DNA from: Ginkgo biloba
Taxonomy: Eukaryota > Plantae > Ginkgophyta
Direction of reading: 5' to 3'
Assembly: GCA_024626585.2 (NCBI GenBank)
Contig: JANKJI020000002.1
Location: forward strand, 110,332,237-110,352,265
DNA: 20,029 nt
Both the position numbers and the translations under genes were made by a program. The notes beneath the pieces were generated by a model, which had not been told where the DNA came from, searched no databases, and saw nothing but the letters and a program-made list of their open reading frames with translations. Within the stretch, counting starts at the first letter, position 1, and every line of letters starts with the position of its first letter. This document shows positions 1 to 9,027 of the stretch, in pieces.

Positions 1-43
1 ATGATAGTGATCCATATCGATAGGGGATATTGATATAAGAGGT

Positions 44-312
44 CAAAAGTGACAGAATGTCGACACGAGGCAGTTAGATAAAAAAGACCATGTTGATAAC
101 CAAAATTGATAAAATGTTGACATGAGGCAATTAGGTAGAAAATACCATGTTAATAACCAAAATTGATAGAATACTAACATGAGGCAGTTAGATAGTAAAG
201 ACCATGTTGATAATCAAAATTGATAAAANNNNNNNNNNNNNNNNATGAGCCAGTTGGGTAGCAAAGACCATGTTGATAACAAAAATTGATAGAGAATCAA
301 TATGAGGTAGTT
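44..312. repeat. Tandem repeat, 57-bp unit, about 4.5 degenerate copies
   Basis: A(C/T)GAG(G/C)CAGTTAGATAG..AAAGACCATGTTGATAACCAAAATTGATA recurs at 65, 122, 179, 245 (after a 16-N gap) and 302 (partial). Spacing is 57 bp wherever no gap intervenes. Confidence 0.93.
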
Positions 313-371
313 GAGAAATAAGGGTTGAGGAGAAGAGATTTGTCAGATGAGGAAACTAATGAAGGGCTTAG

Positions 372-610
372 TGACCAAGCCATTGAGTCGATCAAGTCAT
401 TTTAAATAATTGACTAAGTCATTGAGCCGATCAAGTCATTTTGAAGAACTGACCAATCCATTGAGCTAATCAAGTCATTTTAGAGAATCGATCAATCTGT
501 TAAGTTGATCAAGTCATTTTAGTGAATTGTTCAAGTCATTGAGCCAATCAATTCATTTTGAATAATTGACTGATCCATTAATATGATTATGTCATTTTGA
601 AGAACTGGAC
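372..610. repeat. Tandem repeat, 39-bp unit, 6 degenerate copies
   Basis: Unit ~TGACCAAGTCATTGAGCCGATCAAGTCATTTTGAAGAAC starts at 372, 411, 450, 489, 528 and 567, with a partial start at 606. Confidence 0.93.
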
Positions 611-1358
611 AATATGTTGATAAAGGGCATGGACGAAGGCAAAGCTATGAAGAAGGAATTTGGCACTTGGACATTAATGAAAGTAGGTAACCACACTCCT
701 AATGATAAAAAAATCCATGAGTAGGAGAATTTTTGGGCTCAAGGCATATACCCAAGAGGCCATAATGGCATAACCACAAAGCTACTCTAGATCTTGAGGA
801 AGTTATGCCATAGCAGGAGATGGTTGTTGAAGGCATCNNNNNNNNNNNNNNNNNNNNNNNNNNNNNNNNNNNNNNNNNNNNNNNNNNNNNNNNNNNNNNN
901 NNNNNNNNNNNNNNNNNNNNNNNNNNNNNNNNNNNNNNNNNNNNNNNNNNNNNNNNNNGAGGTGGGTTGGTTTATTCTAGGATGAAGAGATTATAGTTGG
1001 TTTAGTTCGAGAGTTAGTTATTTCAAAGGAAAGGGATATCATCTAGAGAGGGTTGGTTTTCAATTGGTTAGAAGGTTGAGTTGGAGTAAATCACCAAAGA
1101 AGAGAAAACCCATGGTATAAGAGTAGGGTGAAGAGTGAAAGGCCAGGAAGATGTTGATTGGGAGGTAGCCTAAAACAATAATATTAATGCACCAAATAAA
1201 GTGAGAACTTGGAGAGTTCTAGTTATAGACCTAATCCTAGAGGAACCAAATGTTGATTNNNNNNNNNNNNNNNNNNNNNNNNNNNNNNNNNNNNNNNNNN
1301 NNNNNNNNNNNNNNNNNNNNNNNNNNNNNNNNNNNNNNNNNNNNNNNNNNNNNNNNNN

Positions 1359-3002
1359 AAGTGGTGTAAAGTCTTCTTCTTACCAAAGTATCCACCATAT
1401 AATGTAGAATGTGCCTCCTTCAAGAGTAAGTCTCTTGGTCCTATTATGGGAACACAAAGATTTCCAATCTTAAACAATAATTGGTCCTTCAAATGGAAAT
1501 CTCAAAATGGTTCCAAGTTGAAATGGGAAAGATAAGTAAGTGTTGTATAGACTTGGTATAAATTTGGATCATCTAAATACTAAAAAGACCAATCTTGAAA
1601 ACCAAAATGAGTTATACTAAAATTTTGTAGAAGTAGCAAGGAGGTGGCTAACTCAAACAATCTATAACCCTATTAGTTTCCCTTTTTGTACTTAATGACT
1701 AAGTGAAATTCTTGTAAATAAGAATCCTACTTAAAATGTATTGTTTCCTAAATTTTATTTTGTGATTGAAGGAACTATAATGGCATATGATCAATATGGA
1801 TAATGGTTTCTTTTTCCAAGATATAGTGACATCAATACTTAATATCTTAGACTAAGGCATAGAATTATTTATCATAGGTGGAATAATTCTACTTTTCTNN
1901 NNNNNNNNNNNNNNNNNNNNNNNNNNAATAGGGTGACCATTTTTCTTGAAGACAACTCCAAAGGCATAATTAGAAGCATTGATTTCTATCTCAAAGGGTT
2001 GAGGTAGATTAGGAAGACTTAAGACAAGAGAAGAATAGAGCAATTCCTTAAGGGTTGCAATGGTTTTATCTTGGTCATCAATCCAATGAAAGGGTACTTT
2101 GGTCTTAGTCAAGTGATGAAATGGATAAGCAATATTGGAATATCCAAGTATGAACTTCCTATAGAAATTTTCTAAACCAAGGAATCTTCAGAGTTCAATG
2201 AGAGTATTAGGAGTGGGCCAATTTAGTAAGACTTCAACCTTAGAAGGATCAACTCTTATCCCTTGGGAATGAATGATAAATCTAAGATAAGCTACTTTGG
2301 TATGACCAAAAGAACATTTTGGCAAGTTGGCTTGAAGTTGATATTACCTAAGAATCTATAAATATTTCCTTATGAGTTCCATACAAGATTTGGAGAAGAT
2401 GAATATATCATGCAAATAGATGATAATGAAGTGGTGTAACTAATCTTTAAATATCTTGTTCATCACCCTCATAAAAGTGGTAAGAGCATTGGTTAGGCCC
2501 AAATACATGACTAACCATTCATACAATCCCAACTTCATCTTAAAATTTATTTTCCACATATCTTCATCTTTGATTATGACTTGATGGTATCCACTCTTCA
2601 AGTCAATTTTTGAGAAGTATTTAGATCCCTATAACTAGTCAAAAATATCATCTATACAAGGGTACCTATTCTTCATAATGATTTTATTAAGTGCCCTAAA
2701 TTTGGCACATAAGTTCCAAGTACCATCTTTATTTTTAATGAAGAAAATAGGAGAAGTATAGGGAGAAACACTAGGCTTAATAAGGCCACGATCAAGAAGA
2801 TTATCGATTTAATTATTAATTTCATCATTTTGAGGAGTGGATATGCGATAGATAGGATAATTTAGAAGGGGGACCCCAATTTGGAGGTTAATAGATATAT
2901 TAGGAGACAAGATAAAAGGTTCTTGAAAAATATCTTGATAGNNNNNNNNNNNNNTGAAATATCCTTAATAGAGTCACTGATAGATATGGTAAGGAAAGGG
3001 GG
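1359..3002 (-). pseudogene. pol: Degenerate Ty3/Gypsy pol (element C): PR-RT spacer, reverse transcriptase, RNase H, N-terminus of integrase
   Basis: Minus-strand translation gives [68 protein letters not shown] and YLHDIFIFSK (decayed YLDD, 2407-2418). It then gives VPFHW..LVLSLPNLPQPFEIEINASNYAFGVV (RNaseH), VIKYKKG and LLKEAHSTLYGGYFGKKKT (INT zinc finger). Many stops and frameshifts. The RT-RH-INT order is that of Gypsy. Confidence 0.93.
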
Positions 3003-4178
3003 TGATGCAGTCTTAAAGTGTAGAATGACTAAACCAACAACCTATGTATGCTCAAGTGGAAGATATTTGAACCCAATGTAGATGTGAGAATCATAACATA
3101 GCAACTGATAGAAAATCAAAACTTACACTATTATTACGTTCACCCCATAGGCTAAATTATAAATTTTGCAAAGCCATTACAAATTTTATAAGCCTCCTTC
3201 CCAAAGGGATAACATAAAATAAATCTACCCAAGTCTTTATCCCTACAAGATAAATCTCACTATTCTTCATCTATGTCTTCTAATCTTGTGACACCCTAGT
3301 TAGTTCCTTCTTCATGGTTTATGTGTGTGCATGAAAACAACTATTTCCTTCCTTTATATAGATCATATGATGACTCTAGAACCCTGACACCCTATCTAAA
3401 CCCTTACTCGTTTATTCCTTCTCCTCTATTTGTTGGCTTTAGACCCCATATCTCCTTTAGGACTATCTTCCCTATAACATATTTGATAGCCACCTCTAGT
3501 GTCTTATTTACCCTCTCTTTTCTCGCATTTTCTAACCTAATATGTAACACAGTTACGTTCCCTCTTCATCTCTCTCTCTCTCCCCTTGTGTCAAAATATA
3601 TACTCGCCTACCTTTCCCACTTCATCTCATGGTTGGTGAGCCTCATTCATGTCCACCATAACTCTAGAATCAATCAAATTAACTTAGGAGGCATGATTGA
3701 TTGAGTTTCATTTAATTCACCAGTCTCAAACTTTATTATTTTGTTGACTTATTCTTTCTTTACCTCGTTCATTGAATCATTAGACCCATTCATCAATTTG
3801 TCCAACTAGTTTGTTAAATGATCCATGTCATTCATTAAGCTTATTTTCCTTCATTCATCTTATTACTCTCACTTAATTCATCCATTACCTTATTCACCCA
3901 TTTGTTGGGCTTGTTTAACCTCATGTGTAACTCACTAAACTGCTCATCATTCACTCAATCCTTTACTCATTCACCAAAGTTATTTGTAGAGTATAACCTA
4001 TTCATCAGAATCCTTATCCCATTTGCTAGTGTTACTAACTTATTTATCACATTATTTAAGCCAATTCACTAAATTCCTTAATCCATTTGCTAAAATCCCT
4101 TAGGTTGGTTGCCAAATGATTTAACTATTCACCTAAAACTTGTTTGTCATTTCTCAAAATTTTGGCCATCGAGACTTT
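3003..4178 (-). repeat. 3' LTR of element A (its start and the PPT fall in the N gap 4179-4234)
   Basis: Starts TGATGCAGTC on + at 3003 and aligns colinearly with 6083-7198, e.g. GATGTGAGAATCATAACATA, CAAAACTTACACTATTATTA, TTTGCAAAGCCATTACAAATTTTATAA, GCCTCCTTCCCAAAGGGATAAC. Confidence 0.87.
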
Positions 4179-4239
4179 NNNNNNNNNNNNNNNNNNNNNN
4201 NNNNNNNNNNNNNNNNNNNNNNNNNNNNNNNNNNGTTAC

Positions 4240-5942
4240 AAAAAATCTATGAGCTCCTACTCATGTGCCTTTTCTTTGAATTATTTCCACTTCTATTCAT
4301 CAAGTTTTCTCAACTCCTCTTATGTAACCCAGGTGGTCTCTTCAAGTGGAAACTCCTTCCACTTTATCAGGTACCTATTGTACCTACCCCTTATCATCTT
4401 GACCACCTTCTTATCTAATACCTTTTTAATTTTCTTCCTTTTTATTAATAGTAGTTGTTGCTACCAATATTATATTTTCTCTATAATCTCCTCTTTCCCC
4501 TGATGATAGGTATACAAATCTAAAATATTAAACACCGGAGAGATATCAAACTCATCTAGTAGATCTACCCTTTAGGCATTCTCATTGATCTTCTTTAAGA
4601 TGCAACATGGCCCGGTCTTCTTGTACTTCAACTTGTTGTATGATCCCTTTAGAAATATCTCCTTCCTCAAGTACACAATAACCATGTATCCTTATTCAAA
4701 CTTCTTATACCTTTTAGATTGATTAGCATCTTCCTTGTATCTAATGTTGCTCATTTTGAGCTCTTGTTTTACTTCTTCATGCACTTGCTTTATATGATAT
4801 GTCAATGCCTCAACATAACCACTTATTCATTCATTGATTAGCAACTCCACTAGATCAATAACTACTTTTGGTGCTTCTCCATACACCACTTTGAATGGTA
4901 TAAGTCTAGTTGACTTATTAATAGAATTATTATAGGAAAATTCTACCTATGTTGACACCAAATAATGTTGTTTAGGTTTGCTTCCAACTAATCTCCTTAG
5001 TAAGCTTCCTAGTGACCTATTCACCACCTCTATTTTCCCATCTATTTGGGGATGATGTGCACTATTGAATACAATCTTGTGTCTAATTTCTTCCACAACA
5101 TTTGCCAGACGTGACTCAAAAACTTATTGTCATTATCACAGGTAATGGTCTTTGGCAGTCTATACAATCTAACAACCTCTCTAAAGAATAAATTTGTTGT
5201 TAGGCTTGCATCATTGGTTTTCTTGCATGGAATGAAATGTGTCATTTTGAAAAAATGATCAACAACCACAAAAACATAACCATTACCTCATTGCATACAC
5301 GACAAACTCAACACAAAATCCATGGAAATATTTGTCCATGATTCTTTTGAAATTTATAATGGTTTATACAATCTTGTATTTTTAGATTTTCCTTTTGCTA
5401 ATTAGTAAACCCTACACCTTTCCACATAGTTTCTTATCCATTTCCTTATGCTTGGCCAAAAATATATTCCCTCAACCAGGGCCAATGTCTTGTCTCTGCC
5501 ATAATGGCCTCCTAATCTGTCACTATGTAATTCTCAGATGGTGTTATCTCTCATGGCACTGTCCATAATGCATAGTTGCTTCCTTTGAACAGATACCCAT
5601 CCTGCAAGAAATATTCCTCATACAAATGCCCATTAGCAGTGATCGAATTTTTGAGATATGCAATCACCCAGCCAAAATCTTTATCCGCCTCATACATGTC
5701 CTTGATTGCATCAAATCCAACCACCTCTTTGGAAATGGTAGCAAGAAATGTTGTCCTTCTGCTCTAGGCATCCACTACTTGATTCACCTTGCCTTACTTA
5801 TGCTTCAAAACAAATGAATTACGTTGCAAAAATTCAACCCATTTTGCATGCCTCACACCCAACGTATCTTGAGACTTTAGAAACTTTAAAGCTTGATGAT
5901 TGGTGTACAGTACAAACTCATTGGGTGGCAAGTAATGCCTCC
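4240..5942 (-). pseudogene. pol: Element A pol 3' part: RNase H end, integrase (HHCC, DDE, GPY/F-like region), chromodomain
   Basis: Translation gives [128 protein letters not shown] and ISPVFNILDL. Several in-frame stops and at least one frameshift. Confidence 0.95.
4300..4435 (-). other. Chromodomain-coding segment at the integrase C-terminus
   Basis: IKKVLDKKVVKMIRGRYNRYLIKWKEFPLEETTWVT*EEL matches the chromodomain pattern (I..IL....YL(V/I)KW.....TW). Confidence 0.85.
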
Positions 5943-6070
5943 NNNNNNNNNNNNNNNNNNNNNNNNNNNNNNNNNNNNNNNNNNNNNNNNNNNNNNNNNN
6001 NNNNNNNNNNNNNNNNNNNNNNNNNNNNNNNNNNNNNNNNNNCATAACCACTGTCTAGCCAACCTTTGAA

Positions 6071-6080
6071 TCTAATACCA
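6071..6080 (-). promoter_or_regulatory. Primer-binding site (initiator tRNA-Met type) of element A
   Basis: Minus strand reads TGGTATTAGA (consensus TGGTATCAGA), 2 nt after the LTR end at 6083. Confidence 0.82.
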
Positions 6081-6082
6081 AC

Positions 6083-7198
6083 TAATGTAGTTCTAGAGTG
6101 TAGAATGACCAAACCAATGACTTGTGTGTGCTCAAGTGGATGGCATTTAGAACCAATATAAATGTGAGAATCATAACATAATAACTGAGAGAAAACCAAA
6201 ACTTACACTATTATTATATTTTCCCCATATTTTTTCCCATGGGCTAAATTAAAAAATTTGCAAAGCCATTACAAATTTTATAAAGCCTCCTTCCCAAAGG
6301 GATAACNNNNNNNNNNNNTATACCCTAGTATTTTTCCATGTAAGTTGAATCCCACTATTCTCCATCTCTATCTTCTAATATGGAGATGCCCTAATTAGTT
6401 CCTTTCTTATGGTCTATGTTTATGTATCCAAATGGCTATTTCGTTCCTTTCCACAACTCATTCAATTAATCTAGAAGCCTCACACCCGATATGAACCCTT
6501 GCTCATTTGTTCCTTCTCCCTTATTCATTGGCTTCATACCTTGACTCTCCTTTGGGCATGTCTTCCTTATATCCTATTTGATGACCACCTATAGTGCCTT
6601 GTTCACCCTCTCTTACCTCTCATTCACTAACCTAGTCTACAACACCATCATGTTCCCTCTTCATCTCTCTCTCCCCCTATGCTAAAATCTCTACTCACCT
6701 ATGTTTCCCCCTTCAACTTATGATTAATGAGCCTCATTCATAGCCACCATAACTCCAACATCAATCAAATTAAATATGGAAGAGAAAGTGATTCAACCTC
6801 ATTTAATCTGTTGATCTCTAAACTTATTACTTCATTGACCTATTGTTTCTTTACCTCATTTGTCTAATTATTAGACCCATTCATTGAGTCATCCAACTAG
6901 TTTTTTGAGCATGCCATGTTGTTCGTCAATCTATTTTTCTCTTATTCATATTACCACTCCCTCTTAGCTTGTTTGTTTCCCCATTCACCTATTCGTTAGG
7001 CTATAAAACTATTTTTTAAACCTCATATGTCACTCATTGAACTACTCATTGTTTGTCCAATTCATTGCTCATTCACTAAAGTTATTTTTGGAGTATAAAT
7101 TATTTGTCATACTCCTTATCCTATTCATTGTCATGCCTAAATTATTTATTGCCCTCTTGAAGATAATTCGTTGAACACCTTAAGACATTTACCAAAAT
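6083..7198 (-). repeat. 5' LTR of element A, truncated at its outer end
   Basis: Colinear with 3003-~4097 (about 82% identity by hand count over the first 135 nt). Homology stops at ACCAAAAT near 7198. Confidence 0.87.
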
Positions 7199-8861
7199 TA
7201 AGAAGAGTAGTCGACGATAGAAGTGAAGGATCAGTCGACAAACCAACATAGGAAATGGAATGTCAATAAGAATGGAAGGTTATGGGAGGAGGACATGTTG
7301 GAGGATTTGTCGATGAGGAAGTGTCTAATGGAATAAAGGACATTAATAGAGGATAACTATTAGGAGGATAAAAGGTGTGGATAGGGACATCAATGGGGGT
7401 ATTAGGACCCAAGAAAAAGGGGCAATAGTAGATAAGTAAAGAATGAAATTTGTAGAGTGAGGAAAAGAATAAAGAGAAAGTTGAGAGAGCTTAGAAGGTG
7501 CATAGTATGCNNNNNNNNNNNNNNNNNNNNNNNNNNNNNNNNNNNNNNNNNNNNNNNNNNNNNNNNNNNNNNNNNNNNNNNNNNNNNNNNNNNNNNNNNN
7601 NNNNNNNNNNNNNNNNNNNNNNNNNNNNNNNNNNNNNNNNNNNNNNNNNNNNNNNNNNGGAAATAATGAAGACTAACAATGACAAATGTAGATGATAGAC
7701 ATCAAGAGATAGGAGATAGCCAAGTGACAATGATGGAAAGATGAAGGTTGATGAATGGCATTAAAGGCAAACCAAAAGAGAAAGATAATTCTCATAGAAG
7801 TGGAGGATAGACTAATGGAGAAGCAGAAATATAATGAATGATAAAAGGCTTGGGGGAGCACTAACAAAGGGTGACATGCCTATGAAGAAGAAGGGGAGAA
7901 TGCTAATAGGTGGATATTAATGAATATGTCATNNNNNNNNNNACCAACACCAAACTCGTGTGAGAGAATTAGGTGGAGATTCAAATGTAATGAAGGAATA
8001 ACCATCTTGGTGCACATAGGGACCAAGACCAAAATCAATGAAGGAATTAATGAGGCCACCAACCAATCATGAAGGAATACAGAGTTAGGTTCATAGGGGA
8101 TTGAATACCCAGTAGAGAGAGTACGTGGAGAACACCTAGAGAGGAAGAGAGAATGTAGTAGAGGAAGNNNNNNNNNNNNNNNNNNNNNNNNNNNNNNNNN
8201 NNNNNNNNNNNNNNNNNNNNNNNNNNNNNNNNNNNNNNNNNNNNNNNNNNNNNNNNNNNNNNNNNNNCTAGAGTGGAAGAGAGAATGTAGTAGAGGAAGA
8301 TCTTAGAAGGATGTGCACAAAGTAGATATGCCAAGTGTGATGTAGCTTTAGAGGAATATGAAGGAAAGAAAGTAAAGGAGAAGAGAATGCAGGTAGATTG
8401 TCAATCATGAGGTAGCCTAAGACAAAAGGAGATTTGGTGCACAAGGTGAAGTGTGCCTACAGGGTTCAAAAGAGTGAGTTGAATATGATTATAATTCCTT
8501 TATGAAGAAGATGAGTGGTATCATGTTGTAATTAGAAACCCATCTATGGGGCTAATGTATGTAATTTTATGAATAGCAAAGTTGTCCAAAGTTGTAATAA
8601 AAGATTTAGATTAAATATAAGACATTATTTTCATATTTTCTCCTACATATATTTGTGTATGTGTTTATGTACTTGTGTGTTGAGTAAACAGACTATGATC
8701 CATTGAATGTGTGTTTTTGGTTTGTTATGTTAGTTGTGCATGTTGGATAAGGGCCCTTAAAGGGACAACAAAGTGTATAAGGGATAGGTGGCATCCCATT
8801 TGAATTTCTTAGGATTGACTTCTTTCGATATTGGGAGAATTAGGATTGGGTGGTTGCATCA
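7195..8861 (+). repeat. 5' LTR of element B (first ~90 bp missing)
   Basis: Colinear with 12990-14418, e.g. GATAGAAGTGAAGGA, AATGAAGGAATTAATGAGGCCACCAACCAA, GAGAATGTAGTAGAGGAAG, CTAATGTATGTAATT, CTATGATCCATTGAATGT. Ends TGCATCA at 8861. Confidence 0.88.
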
Positions 8862-8863
8862 TT

Positions 8864-8875
8864 TGGTATCAAAGC
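8864..8875 (+). promoter_or_regulatory. Primer-binding site (initiator tRNA-Met type) of element B
   Basis: TGGTATCAAAGC (consensus TGGTATCAGAGC), 2 nt after the LTR end CATCA. Confidence 0.9.
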
Positions 8876-9027
8876 CTAGGTGAAGGGTTGTTGAAGAAAG
8901 AGCTGGTGAAAGCTCGTGGAGAAAAGTGATGAGGATAGTATGAATTTGCAATGAGGGAAAAATAAATGCAAGTAGATCTTAAAGGATTGGCTAGCAAGAG
9001 GAAAAGAAGAAGAAAAGAGAAGTGAAG

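Larger units (their letters stand above)
3003..7198 (-). mobile_element. Element A: Ty3/Gypsy chromovirus (CRM-like) LTR retrotransposon, degenerate; gag-PR-RT not visible (100-N gap 5943-6042)
   Basis: Two direct ~1.1-kb repeats (from 3003 and 6083), a PBS next to the right copy, and RNaseH-INT-chromodomain on the minus strand between them. The LTR terminus reads TGCATCA on the element strand. Confidence 0.88.

Noticed and set aside
44-610. CRISPR-like arrays
   Set aside because: The units are contiguous degenerate tandem repeats with no unique spacers, no cas genes are present, and the context is eukaryotic transposon DNA.
765-811. 10-bp inverted repeat ATGGCATAAC/GTTATGCCAT as an RNA hairpin or miRNA precursor
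   Set aside because: The stem is short and the interior pairs poorly. About one such pair is expected by chance in 20 kb.
2991-3002. AAGGAAAGGGGG before TGATG read as the PPT of a plus-strand element
   Set aside because: The PBS at 6071-6080 and the minus-strand INT fix A's orientation as minus. These bases fit the interrupted pol of element C.
5943-6070. Element A as an internally deleted element lacking gag-PR-RT
   Set aside because: The missing part coincides with an exactly 100-N gap of probably unknown size, so absence cannot be concluded.
8136-8300. 32-bp duplication flanking the N run in B's 5' LTR
   Set aside because: It sits on both sides of a 100-N gap and is single-copy in the 3' LTR, so it is most likely a contig-overlap artefact (one mismatch leaves slight doubt).
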